Source of the DNA: the human T2T-CHM13v2.0 reference genome, Homo sapiens
Reading direction: 5' to 3' (one strand)
NCBI RefSeq assembly: GCF_009914755.1
Contig: NC_060930.1
Length of the DNA: 64,000 bases
The position numbers were made by a program, and so were the translations under genes. Below are positions 28,423 to 42,174 of the stretch, one piece after another (within the stretch, counting starts at the first letter, position 1; the number at the start of each line of letters is the position of its first letter). Under the pieces are notes generated by a model. That model searched no databases and was not told the origin of the DNA. It worked only from the letters and a program-made list of their open reading frames with translations.

Positions 28423-31400
28423 CCAAAAGGTTCTTTATGCACCTTTATAAGCCTTCCCTACTATCCCTTAACCTGCTGGCAATCACTCATCTGATTTTTT
28501 ACATTATAGGTTACATGAAACATGTATTTCCCTAATGCCAATGGTGCTGAGCACATGTCCACATGCTTATGCAATCACATAGGCTTAATTTTCTAGAGGT
28601 TTATATAATAAATGGTGTCATATGATATCTAGCCTTCTGTAACTAGCTTCTTTCACTCAGCAAAAATCATTTTGAGATTCATCCCCATTGTTATGTGTAT
28701 GGTTTAATAGTATATTATCTTGTTGCCAAGTAATTCATTATATAGCTATGCCATAATTTATTTTTTTCAACTGTCAATGGATATTTACACTGTTACCGAG
28801 GGTGGCTATTACAAATAAAGCTTCTGTGAACACTCATGCACAAGTCTTTTTATAGGTATATTAAATGGTAGAGATTAATGGATACATATTTAACTCTTTA
28901 AGGAATTACTAACCAGTACCAATTTGTATTCCTCCCACAGTGTTTAATAACTGGATTTGAGGCACATCACAAATATTTGGTATTATGAGTCTTTTAAATT
29001 TTTACCAATGTAACAGATGTATCATGATATTTCAATTGTTGCTTTAATTTAAGATTTCCTAATTCCTAAAAATATTGAGCACCTCTTCATATGCTTGCTT
29101 GAAATCTATAAAACTTATTTGTTAAAACATCTATTCAAATGTTTTGGCCATTATTTAATTGGGGCATTTATTTTCTATTTGAATCTTGAAATATACTTCA
29201 TTTGTCAATGCTTAGCAAATATTTTCCTTCAGTGTGGGGCTTCTCTTAACATTGTCTTTGAAAAGCAGAGATTTTCATTTCAATGAAGTCAGATTATCAA
29301 ATTATTATTTTATGAATCATGCTTTTGATGTTACAGCTGAGAAATCTTTTCTATCCCAAGTATACAACATCTTATCATTTGCTTTTTTCTAGTTGATTGC
29401 TTTAGATGTTATGTTTAAGTCTATGATTAATTTTTAGTTAATTATTATAAGTGATGTGAGTTCTGTAGGAAACTTCAATTTTCCTCACTTATAGCTAATT
29501 ATTGCCACAACATTTGTGTAAGAACTGTACTTTATCCACTAATTGCCTTCTCGGTTTTGTAAAAAATCAATTATAAGTTTATGTGTTGGCCTATTTCTAG
29601 TATCGCAATTCTGCTTCATTGTTTTATCTTTCTGCTTTTGTGCCAGTGCCACACTTTTCTGAATGCTGTAGATTCCTAATAAACTTGAAATCACCTAGTA
29701 TTAACTTTTCAACTTTGCCTTTGTTGTTCAAGCTGTTTTTGCTCTTCTAGTTTTTTTATGCATTCCAATATAAATTATAAAATCAACTTGTCAATTTTAC
29801 CAAAATGCTAGATAAGGTTTTGATCAGGATTGCTTTGAATTCATATGCCAATATGACAAGAAATAACAACTTAACAATATTGTGTTTTCTGGTCCAGGAA
29901 CAAGTTGTAGGTCATCTTTTTTTTTAGATTTTCCAAAAATTTATCTCAGATTTTTGTTTTGGTGTGCATGTAAATCTTTGGTCAGATTTATTTCTAAGTA
30001 CTTCATATTTTCATACAGTTGTGATCAGAATTTCTCTTTGAATTTCAATTTTTGAAGTTTATAGTATACAGAATTATGATTGATTTGCATATTAATATTT
30101 TTATTCACTCTTGTTAATCATACTTATTAATTCTATTTTTAATAGAATCTATTATGTTTTCTACACAGATGATTATGTTTTACATTAAAAATACATTTTT
30201 AATTTTTTCTTTCAATTTGGATTATTTTCTTTTTGTTATTTTTTATTTGTTTGTTATTTTGCTTCAATGTTTGGCTACAGATCTTAGAGAAGAGCATTCA
30301 TTCTTTCATCATCAAATATCAGCTAAAGTTTTTGTTGTTATTGTTGATGTCCCTGATGTAGTAAAGGAAGTTCTATTCTTAATTTGCTAAGAGTTTTGGT
30401 CAGAAATCGGTGTTGAATTTTGTCAAATGCTTTTTCTGTATTTACAGAGATAATTATATGGCTTTTCTTTTTTTTTTTAGTTTATCAATATAATGGATTA
30501 TAATGATGCTTCCAAATATGAAAGCCCAACTTTCCTAATGTTAACACCATTTGATCATTATGAATTAGCTTATTTTATGAAGTTGGATTGGATTTGCCAG
30601 TCTTGTGTTTAGAACATTTGCATTTATAACATGAGGAATGTTCATCTGCAGTTTTCTTTTTTTGAAATGTCTTTTTCTAGTATTGATATCAGGGCAATTG
30701 TGGCCTTCATAGAATGAGTGAGGATATATTTCTTCCTCTTCAATTTTCTGGAAAATGTATTATTTCTTTCTTTACTGTGTGGTAGCATTTATCAATAAAG
30801 CCATTTTACAGATGTGATTTCTTCATTTATTTAAAAATGCAATTCAACTAATTTGTATATTAATATTTTATTATGCAATCTTGTTAATCACACTTATTAG
30901 TTCTATTTTATAGAAACTATTATGGTTTTTATACATAAATGAAAACATAGATGTCAAATGTAGAGCTATTCCAATTATCTAGTTCATTTTGAGGAACAGT
31001 CAGTATTGTGTTTCTATTGAATTTTTTTTTCCATTTCATATAATTCTGAATATATTCTCAAATTTCTTCCTAATATTTCCTATTACTCTTTTAGTAAAAC
31101 TGTAGAATATTCAATGAGGCACCTTTCTTATTCCTGATATTTGTAACTTGTGCCTCTTTTTATCTGAACATCTGTTTTAGCATTTTTACTAATAAAACTT
31201 CTCATCAAATAAACAACTTTTGATATCTTTTTAACTTTTTTTGTTTTGTTTTGTACCATACTGATTTCTGCTTTGAATATTATTAGTTATAGTATGTTGC
31301 TTACTTGCTTTTTCTAGTATTTCTTGGGTGTAAAGTGAGGTCACTGATTTGTGACTTTTAAAAATGTTCTAATATTGGCAGTTTTTAGGGCTATAATTTT

Positions 31401-31654
31401 CTTCTAAGCCTTCTATTGGTAGCATCCCACAAATTTTGATATTTTGTACATTTCTTTTCGCTCAGTTTGAAATATTTGATAATTTCTTTTTGATTTCTTC
31501 TTTGAACCATGGCTTATTCAGAAATAGACAATTTTGTTTCCATCTATTTGGGGATTTTTTTCAGATATCTTTCTACTATTAACTATTTAAGTTAAATTTT
31601 ATTGTGATCACAGATTACACTTTGCGTAACTTCATAATTTTTAAATTTTGTGAA

Positions 31655-31939
<285 letters not shown>

Positions 31940-31949
31940 TTATTTTGAG

Positions 31950-32250
31950 CCCCAGCAGATCAAAGGGAAGAAGGGAAGAGGTGAGTTGAGAATAAGAAGT
32001 TTCCAGGCTCTGCCTCTAGTGTAGTTATGCCAGGCTGATTGCATATAGTTACAGCTCTCTATATACAGCAGTTTGTCTGCAGGTTCTTTGAGGCCTATGA
32101 ATAGCAAAGGCATCCCAGTTGTTTACCAGCTGTATCCCTACTGGTTTCCCTATACCATGCCTACACTCTTATACATAGTCTCTTATTAAACTCCTCTCAT
32201 ATTATCCAGTTCAAGTGCCATCAGCATTTGCTAGTACCCTGACTGATATA
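31950..32250 (+). mobile_element. LTR33-like (ERVL) LTR, 3' part
   Basis: Ends tagtctcttattaaactcctctc...tgccatc...ccctgactgata. Confidence 0.65.
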
Positions 32251-32344
32251 CACCATCATGATAATGTAAACATTAATGCTGACTTAACCAAAAACTCTTA
32301 TTATATTGGAAAATAAGGAGGAAAAATATGTGGGTGTATTTTTA

Positions 32345-35006
32345 AAGTTTTATTTCACTTTTAATTAACACATAATAAACATATATATATTTATGGAATA
32401 CAGTTTGTTATTTCAATACATGTATACATTGTACAATGATCAAATCAGGACAATTAGCATATCTGTCACCTTAAAGATTTATTTTTTTGTGGTAAGAACA
32501 TCAAAATACTCTCTTCTATTTATTTTGAAGTATAAAATACAATATTGCTTACTATAGCCACTGTGCAGTAGAACAGAGAACTATTCTTCCTAACTGGAAT
32601 ATTATACCCATTGATCAATCTCTACTCATAACCACTATTTCTACTCTGTACCTCTATGAGATAAGGTTTTTAGATTCCACAAATGAATAAGATCATGTGG
32701 GATTTGTCTTCCTGTGTCTGGCTTATTTCACTTAACATAATGTCCTTCAGGTTCATCCACGTTATCACAAATAACAGGATTTTATTATTTTTCTTGGCTA
32801 AATAGTATTCCATTATGTGTATATATCACATATTCTTTATGCATTTATCTATTTAGGGACATTTAATTTGATTGCATATATTAGCTACTGCAAATAGTGT
32901 TGTGATAAACATGAGAGTACAGATATCTCTCAACATACTGATTTCATTTTCTTTGGATGTATTCCCAGTAGTGAGATTATTGGATCATATGGTAGTTCTT
33001 TTTTTAATTCCTTTAGGATCTGTAAAATGTTTTTCATACTAGCTCTGCTAATTTACATTCCCAGAAACATTGTGTAAATGTTTTCATTTCTCCATATCCA
33101 TGCTAGTATTTATTTTTTGTCTTTTTGATAATAGTCATTGTAATTGGAGTATCTCACTCCAATGTGGTATCTCACTGTGATTTTGATTTACATTTCCTTG
33201 ATGATTAGTGATATTGAGCATTTATTCATGTACCTGTTAGCCATTTGTATATCTTTTTTTGAGGAATGCCTATTCAACTGCTGTTGGAAATAAGAGTTCG
33301 GAGTTGCAAAGAAAATGAGCACTCAAAGGATTTCTCAGCAAGGCAAATTTACTTCTGCAGAAGGGTGCTGCTTGCTCTTCTGGTTGCTGGGAGAGCACAC
33401 TGAACAAAGGAGGGAAGGGGTTTTTATCCCTGAGGCAGTCAGCCCCTGCTACTGTGTCTGGTCCCCATTGGCTGGAGTTGCACCACACAATCTAAGCTGA
33501 TCCCAATTGGCTACTTCAAGTAGAGCATTGGTGGGGGCTACAGCTGCAGAAAGGACAGTTTTGGAACTAAGGGCACCAAATAAGGAAAAGATGTGGGTTG
33601 TTACAGATTGGGAATGGATGTGGGTTACAGATTGGGAATGGATGTGGGTTACAGATTGGCAATGGCTGGAAGGTTGTTTACCATAACTAGGAGCAAGGAG
33701 GCAAGGAAGTTTGGCTTTGAAATTAGAGGACAAAGAACGAGGGAGTTGAACAAGTGGAAACTTTGAAGAAGAACTCACTGTATCCAACAGTGCTTTGCCC
33801 ACTTTTTAGTCAGATTATTTATTTTCTTGCTATTGAGTTGTTTGAGTTCTTTACATTTTCCAAATGTTTCCCGCTACTCAGATGTATAGTTTGTAAAAAC
33901 TTTCTCCCATTCTGTAGGTGGCCTCTTCATATGTTGATTGTCCCTTTTATTGTGCAGAAGCTTTTCAGTTTGATGTGATCCTATTTGTCTGTTTTTGCTT
34001 ATGTCCTCCGTGCTTTTCAGTTTTTATTCAAAATAATGCTTTCCCAGACCAATCTAATGAAATATTTCTATGTTTTGTTCTAGTAGTTTTAGTTTGGGGT
34101 CTTACATTTAAGTCTTTAATTTGTTTTGAATTTATTTTTGTAAGTTATGAGAAACAGAGATCTAGTTTTATTCTCCCTGCATGTGAGGATCCAGTTTTCC
34201 CAGCAACATTTATTGAAAAAAAAAATTCTTTTCCCTAATCTGTGTTCTTGGGGTCTTTGTAAAGAATCATTTGGCTGTATAGATTTTTCTGTGTGTCTAT
34301 GTCAATACTATGCTGTTTGGGTTACTGTAGCTTTATGGTATATTTTGAAGTCAGGTAGTTCAAGCTTTCATCTTTTTGCTCAAGATTACTTTTGCAGCTA
34401 TTTGTGGTCTTTTGTAGTTCTGTACAAACTTCAGAGATTTTTTCTATTTTGGGGAAGAATATCATTGATGTTTTGACAAAAGTATATTGAACCTGTAGAT
34501 CACTTTGAGTAATATGGGCATTTTAACAATATTAATTCTTTCAATCCCTGAACAGAGAATACCTATTTATTGTGTCCTCTTCAATTTCTTTCATTAATGC
34601 TTTATAGTTTTTACTATAGAGATCTTTTACCTCCTTGGTTAAATTTGTTCCTAGCTTTCTTTCTTTTTGTTGTTGTAAATGTTATTATTTTCTTGATTTT
34701 TCAGATAGTTCAGTAATGGCAATATAGAAACACTAGTTGTTTCGTATGTTGATTTTGTATCCTGCAACTTTATGGAATTCACTTATTAGTTCTAACAGGT
34801 TTTTTTTGATGAAGTCTTTAGGGTTTTCTATTTATAAGATCATGTCATCTGCAATCAGGTAAATTAGCTTTCTTCTTTTCAACTAGGATGTTTTTATTTC
34901 TTTCTTGCGTAATCTATCTGGCTAGAACATTCAGTATAATGTTGAAAGAAAATGGTGAAAATAGGTATTCTTGCTTGAGTCCAGATCTTAGAAGAAAAGC
35001 TTTCAA
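32345..35006 (-). mobile_element. 5'-truncated L1MA5-7-like LINE, interrupted by an LTR
   Basis: 3'UTR tacatgtatacattgtacaatgatcaaatcagg...; ORF2 3' part to gaaaagctttcaa. Confidence 0.8.
33282..33789 (-). mobile_element. LTR10B-like (ERV1/HERV-I) solo LTR
   Basis: Termini tgttgga...tccaaca; 4-bp TSD ctgc/gtgc; reverse complement begins tgttggatacagtgagttcttcttcaaag; internal 24-bp tandem repeat. Confidence 0.8.
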
Positions 35007-35969
35007 TTATTTTATGGGACAGACTAAGATCAGACTATGATCTGTCTGATTAAACGGTTGCACTTGAAAATGTGTATTCTGCTGTTGTTGAATGGAGTTT
35101 TATAAATATCAATTAGTTCAAATTGATTAATAGTATTTTTCATTTCTATTATTTGCTTCTGATTTTTTATTTGTTTTGTGAATTTTTGAGAGGTTATTGA
35201 TGTCTCTGACTACAGTTTTAGATCTTTTAATTTCTCTGCGAATTTCTAGCACTTTTTGTTCTATATATTTTGAAGCTTTCTGACTACACATATAAATGCT
35301 TAGGCTTTTTATATCCTGTGAAAAAAAATTACATTTTATCTTCATGATGTAAGCTTCTTTATACCTTGTAATATTTTTTTGCCTTGAAATCTACTTTGAT
35401 ATTAATATAGCTATCCTAACTTCCTCTCAACTGTATTAACATTGTATATATTTTTCCACCTTTCATAGAAACCTATTTTGTACACCATTCAACAAATCGT
35501 AATCACCTTGTTCTTCCTAGACCCTCAGCTCAATCCCCCCAACAGAGAGAGTACCCCAGGTTTTACCTACGTTCTCTGCACCACTGTTTCAAAATTTACT
35601 CAATACATTAAGCTAATAAATCCCAGGGCTGACATTATTTGTTTTCTATCACTCAAAGATCATTATCTTTTATGTCATAAAATCCAGTGTCTTGAAAATT
35701 TTTGTTTCATATTTTTTGGCTTTACTTTTTGCTTGTTGTAGTTGGAGTATAAATTGGTCCCTGTTACATCATTTTACCTGTAAATACAAAATCTCAGTTT
35801 GAAAAAAATTTACATTCACTTCTTTTGAATAAAATGAAACTTCTTCCCATGTGTGAGTCATTTTTACCTCTTTTGTTCGTTGTTAAGATTTTGTTCACAT
35901 TTTTTTCTTCAATTTTCTATTAGATATTTTTATTTAACCTATATATTTTTTTGCATTCCTGATGAAATG

Positions 35970-36502
35970 TTTTTTCAACTTTTATTTTAGATTCAGGGGG
36001 TACATGTGCAGGTTTGTTACAGAGGTATATTGTGTGATGCTGAGGTTTAGTGTACAACTGAACCCATTACCCAGATAGTGATCATAGTACCCAATAGGTA
36101 GTTTTTCAGCTCTTATCCCCTTTTTCCTTGCCCAACTTGTATTCCTCATTGTCTGTTATTTCTATCTTTATGTCCATATGTACTCACTGTTTAGCTCCCA
36201 CTTGTGAGAACATGTGGTATTAATGTTCTCCAGTTGCATCTATCTTGCTGCAGAGGACAGGATTTCGTTATTTTTCATGACTGCATAGTATTCCATTGTG
36301 TATCTGTACCACATTTTCATAATCCAATCCACCATTGATAGGCACCTGGGCTGATTCCATGTGTTTACTATTGCAAATAGTGCTGTAATGAACACGCAAG
36401 TGTATGTGTCTTTTGGTAGAACAATTTATTTTCATTTGGCTATATACTCCATAATAGGATTGCTGAGTCAAATGGTATTTTTAGTTCTTTATGAAAACTC
36501 CA
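35970..36502 (-). mobile_element. L1PA15-17-like 3' end
   Basis: caacttttattttagattcagggggtacatgtgcaggtttgttac...tgtgtgatgctgaggttt...catagtacccaataggtagttttt. Confidence 0.85.
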
Positions 36503-37466
36503 AGGCCCCAGCAACACATCACTGTGTAAGGAAAAATAAAGTGCTTCTTAGAAAAAATAAAAGTAGGGGAGGGTACAGCACTTGTTCCAATATTGTTTTT
36601 GCATGCATTGTGAACGTCTCTCAGGTGAGATGTGTAGGAAGCTATAAAGCAAACTTTCTTAAGGGTCTCAGAGAGTAGAACAAACTCTTTTATGCTCTTT
36701 TCATTTCTCTAACCTAACATTTCTGCTCTTTGGGAATCCAAGCCCAGAGATTCAAAACACAGACATGACCATTTTCTTCTCTCTCTCTCTCTCCTCAATC
36801 TTCCCACATTAATTCATGCAAATAGACAACTTCAATTTTCTTTCCCCTCATCATATTCTTTCTCCACCATAGAGTGCCATGGCTTGCCAGTTAGCTCGAC
36901 CTAGATGGAAGACATATTAATACTCTGAGAATAAATTCTAAGATTTGAACAAACAAATTTGGTTTTAAAAAGCAGGAGGGATTTAGACATCTTCTCTATT
37001 CTTAAGCCTCCACTCCAATTTTATTTCCTTCTTAAGAATGTCAAATACCATCCCTATTCTGCCCATGTAAGGAAAAGTATCCTTCTTCTACTTTGCAGCT
37101 GGGAATTCAATTTAAGAGGAAATTAAAATACATTTGGCTAATTGTTACAAAATATTATTTTGAATGAAATGTTTAATGGCCATCTGCAATTCTTCTTTGA
37201 GTTTCCTAATGGCATAGTTCCCTGGTTTTCTATTATTTTATGTTTTTACCAATGTTTTTACTCCTTTTCTGTGATATGTTTTGAAAATAATTTCCTCAGA
37301 CTATCTAAATCAGTATTTACCTATTTAATTTTTACATAGCCAGTTTTCTCTATCTTTTCTTTTGTGCCTTCTTGCTTTTTAATTTTATTTAGGGTTTTCA
37401 TCTCTAAGATTTAAAAGTTTCTTCCTAAAGTTCTGTTTTCTAGCATTTGGTTTATGCACTTTAATT

Positions 37467-37560
37467 TTTAAACAGACTTTATTTATTAGCACACTTGTAG
37501 ATCACAGCAGAATTGGGCAGAAAGAACAGAGAGTTACCCTATGCTCCCCTTCCCCCACAT
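37467..37560 (-). mobile_element. L1MC1/2-like 3' terminal fragment
   Basis: agactttatttattagcac...cacagcagaattgggcagaaagaacagagagttaccctatg. Confidence 0.55.
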
Positions 37561-38722
37561 AAGCATTCAATTTAATTTTTATATTTAGGCAAGTAATCAG
37601 TCAAGTTATCCGGGTATATTAAATTAGGTATGGGATTTTCAATAATGCAGACAGGTCACATTAATTTGATGTGACTAAACACATATATCTGCTATAAATT
37701 GTCCATTTATATAGCCAAAAGTACAGGACATAATGAAAATTGGCTCCACAGAGGAGAAGCTGATATAAGATATCTTAAAACAGCTTTGCTTCTATTCCTT
37801 GGTTTCCTAAGGAGCAATGTGTTTAGTCCTTCTTAACATTCCATATGCAGGATACTGTCAGATAAGAGAAAGAGCAAATTCTTGCAAGTTATCTATTCAT
37901 TCTCAGGTTTAAGTTACCGTTTCAAAGATATTGTATTAACACTTTATGCACCTCTATAAGAAAGTGTTTAAAGAACACTGGGCTTTTCTATTTATAAGCC
38001 AAACTCAGCACTCATACTGTCTTTTGGGGGCAAAAGCAAAATCTATTCCCAAGTCTTCCTGAGCATTACTTTGCCTTCTGCTTTTTAGTGTCCAAGGTCA
38101 ATCACCCCAGTTAATCCCAGCATGGTTTCAAGTAATGAGATTGGAACAACAACGAAGATTAAAAAATACTTGTTTCCCCTTACTGTTGATGCGTGGTATT
38201 GTATCAATTCACTGCAATTCCTTTTGTAGTCAGACACAAAACTACTGGTTAACATTGGTTAATATGACATTTCTTTAACAAACTTTGTATCCTTAAAACA
38301 TTTAAGCATTTAACAGCTTGTAGTCTTTTAAAGAAAATTGGTTCCAATTAATTGTACTCTTTTTCTATTTGAATCTCACATTGTCAAAAGTGGTTAATGG
38401 GAGACAATTCTGACTCCTTTGTCACTAACTGACATCTTTGGACTTTCTTTTCTTTCTTGAAGCAAAAGTTCTCAGGCACATCTTGAGTCCTCATATTAAC
38501 GCATGAAATCACTATGTCTCCAAGGACTCCGAGAACCTTTCCACAGAGAAAGATACCAGAGATCAAAACTTGGTAATAATTTCTGGTGTTTCTTAATGCA
38601 TTCAGGAGGCGTAGCACAGTAATACTAGGGTTGCTAGAGCCTTCTGTAATAGGAACAAAATGTATCATTTCTTAAATCTGCAGTTTGAAAAGAATTTTTC
38701 TTGCTTTAATAAAGCTCCCCTT

Positions 38723-38995
38723 GAGAGGCAGCATAGTGTAAAGGACACAGAGACTGAAACCAGACTGCTGTGTTTACCTCTTGACTTCACAGATGATGAG
38801 CAGAGAGACACTGGACAAGTTACCTACTTTCTCTATGTATCATTTCCACTGTCTTCTTTGTGCCTTAATGCCCTCATATATAAATTAGGGATAATAATGG
38901 TACCTGTCTAATAAGGTTGTCTTAGGAATTAACTCCCTAAATATTTGGGAATCACTTTAAAAATTGTCTGGCACACAGAGAAGACCCAATTACTG
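38723..38995 (+). mobile_element. MIR SINE
   Basis: gaggcagcatagtgta...ggacaagttacc...ataaattagggataataatggtacct...tgtctggcacacag. Confidence 0.8.
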
Positions 38996-39929
38996 CTAAA
39001 GCTAATTTTTTAAAAAGCTTTTTAATGTAATTTTCTTCCTTTTCCGCCAAATTTTGTGCATCTCTGTATACATCGTAACAGAAAACATATTTCTAAATTA
39101 GAGTGTTGCTACAAAACACACAAATCTTTATTTTTGTCTTTTTAATCTTTAGCTCAGATGCCAAGTAGTACAGTTTTAGATCACGTCTTGTGCTGACTTC
39201 ACTTAAACAGCAACAATTGAAAAGAAAAGAAAAAAAAAACCATTCTCTAAAGTAGCTAGGATACAGAGTGTATGTGATATAAAACCTGCACCCAATTTGT
39301 CTATGGATGCAATGGCAGAGACAAAAGGGACAATAACATGCTTCTAAAGTTTTGTGTATAACTGCTTTAAAAGCTTCAATTTCTTAGGTCCCATTTTTTA
39401 TCTTTTATCATGGGAAGCTTTAGAGTTGAATTTAAATTACTTAAATGTCTTTAGATACATAACAAATATTTTCCTTTTGTTCCTGGCCCTCTCTGATTAG
39501 TCTATCAAAACTTTTGATTCCACTGAGGGAAGTCATTGGCTTGATGCAGACAAACATAATAAATGTGGATCTTACTAATACCCTTCAGGCTTCATTCACA
39601 AAACAGTGCTAAATACAATTATACTTTGGAGAATTTTTTTGTTATTATAATATTTTGGATATTTTTCATGGATATATTTTACATTTGTAATATGGAAGCT
39701 TCATAGAAATAGTTTCAAGAGTTAAATTTCTCAAAGTATAAAGTTTCTAAACTTAAAATTTTTGCAATTTGCCATATGGTTATTAGATGATCAGATTTTT
39801 TTAGGGAAATAATTATGCATTTATTTACTGAATTATCACAGGAGGTATATTGTCTGCCAAGAACTCATGTTTAGTTGGCTCAAAGAATGACATAAACCAG
39901 CCTTTAGAATTCTGATTTTCATTCTTATT

Positions 39930-40040
39930 CTCTCTCTCTCTCCCCCCACCTTTCCTCCCTCTCTCTCTTTTTCCTCTATTCCGCCTGTCTTTTTTCTCTC
40001 TCCTTCTTCTTTCCCTCTTTCTTATTTTTCCTTCCCTATT
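39930..40040. repeat. CT-rich polypyrimidine low-complexity tract
   Basis: Near-pure C/T sequence. Confidence 0.8.
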
Positions 40041-40164
40041 AGATTAGATGCTATGATAATAGACACTATGTATACTGTAACGTTTTACAGGTAAAACAAG
40101 CAGATTTATCTTTCTTATTGCCTGGCTGTATAAACAATATCTTTAGTTCTAGTTATTCCCTAAA

Positions 40165-40302
40165 CTAGGAAGCAGGCCTTCACCAGACACCAAATCTGCA
40201 GGCACCTTAATATTGAATTTTCTAGCCTCCAGAACTGTGAGAAATAAACGTTTCTTGTTTAAAGCATCGAAGTATTTTGTTATAGCTGCCCAAAGCAAGA
40301 CA
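40165..40302 (+). mobile_element. MLT1A-like LTR 3' half
   Basis: ggccttcaccagacaccaaatctgc...ctccagaactgtgagaaataaa...ttttgttatagctgcccaaagcaagaca. Confidence 0.8.
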
Positions 40303-40781
40303 GCTACCATATGCCCTCACCAAATTTTCCCTATTTATTAACATCTAACATTAGCATGTTAAATTTGCTACAATTATTAGAGCAATGTGTAGATTTATTG
40401 TTATAACTGATGTGCAGATTTTATTTAGATATCCTTATTTTTCTTTTAAATCTACACTCCTTTTTTTATTTTAGAATCTCGTTCAGGATATTACTTTACA
40501 TTTAGGGCAGGTTTCTTAGCAATGAATTCCTTCACTTTAATGTTTTTCTTAAAAATTTATTGCTCTTCATTCAAGTTTGAAGATTAATTCACTGGGTAAA
40601 GATTAATTTTGTGGTTTTCTTCTTTCCACACTTTAAATACTTAAGTTCATTTTTTTTTTTTCTGGCATGGTTTCTGATGAGAGTCCACTATAATATCATT
40701 TCTCTATAGAAAATATGGAGTTTTTTATCTATTTTATTTCTGGATTTTCTCTATGTCTTTGTAGTTTCTTTTTGAAGTTTG

Positions 40782-41478
40782 CGTTAGCAGCAGCGAATTT
40801 GTAGGGTTCTGCAGCAACACAATTCTTGCCTCCTCAGAGGAAAAAACTATTCCTAGGAGCATAAGGCAGAGTGAGAGACACAGGTTTTTGAGCAGGAGTG
40901 AGAGTTTATTAAAAAATTTTAGAGCAGGAACGAAAGGAAGTAAAGTGCACTTGGAAGAGGGCCAAGTGAGCAACTTGAGAAAACCAAGTGTGCTGTTCAG
41001 CCTTTGACTTGGCGGTTTTTATACATTGCAATGGTTCTAGGGTTTGTGTCTCTCTTCCCTTTATTTTCTCTTGGGATGGGCTGTTCGTATGCACAGTGGC
41101 CTGCCAGCACTTAGAAGGGGCCACCTGCACAATATGTTTACTGAAGTTTCGTGTTTGTTCATTTGAGGTGTTTTTCTCTTATCAGTTGAACGTTCTTAAA
41201 AGAAGGTTATATACCAGGTAAACTGCCATTTTGCCTCTTAGTTCACATGTTTGAGCCCTTGCCAAACTCCTGAGATCTTATCAGGAAAGTGAGCGATGAC
41301 CAGCTTTAAGTGTTTTCTGTCTATTGGGAGACTGCATTTCCATGGTGCTGCCTGTGACCAATTATTATTTTAAAGAGAAAGTTTAACAATTGCCTGAACA
41401 TCACCTGACGGTCACCTGACATACCTGGGGGGGACCTCTCCTGCTCTGCTCATGTCTGGCTAGGTACCTACTCTAACA
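40782..41478 (-). mobile_element. MER50 (ERV1) solo LTR
   Basis: Reverse complement begins tgttagagtaggtacctagccagacatgagcagagcaggagagg; 4-bp TSD TTTG at 40778-40781 and 41479-41482. Confidence 0.85.
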
Positions 41479-42174
41479 TTTGAATATGATATGCCATAAT
41501 GTAGTTTGTTTTTTTTTTCTGGTCCTTATACTCTCTGGTGTTCTTTGATTTTCTGGGATCAGTATTTTTGCACCTGTAATTAGTTAGGGATTACTTTTGC
41601 ATTGTTCTCAGCCATTATTACTTCAAGTATGTATTCTGTTCTTTCTCCTTTATTCCTATTATGCACATGTTACACTTTTTGTGATTGCCTCACTATTCTT
41701 GACTATTCTGCGTTTTTGTCTTTTTCCTTTCTTTAGCCTCTTTGCAATATTCAGTTTGGGACATTCTTATTGACCTATATTCAAGCTGATTCATCCTTTC
41801 CTAAACCATGTCCAGTCCACTGATGAATCTACCATAAGGACTCTTCATTCCTGTTATGGTGTTTTTGATTTATGGCACTGCCTTATGATTCTTAGTTTCT
41901 CTCTCTCTGCTTGCATTACCCATCTGTTCTTGCATGTTGCCTACTTTTTCCTTTAGAACCCTTCACATATAAATCATTATTTTAAACTCCCCACCTAATA
42001 TTTTCAATGTCTTTGTCATATCTGAGTATAATTCTGATACTTGTTTTTCTTCTTTAGACTGTGTTTTCTCTTGCCTTTTAGAATGCCTTCTAACTTTTTG
42101 TTGCAAGCCAAGCATGTGTTGGGTAATAGGGCCTGAAGTAAGTAAACCTTTTGTGTGAAGATTTATGATGATGT

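Noticed and set aside
38384-38668. 94-aa minus-strand ORF with an acceptor-like site (ttttgttcctattacag) at ~38644
   Set aside because: No strong matching donor and no recognisable protein; cannot be supported without RNA data.
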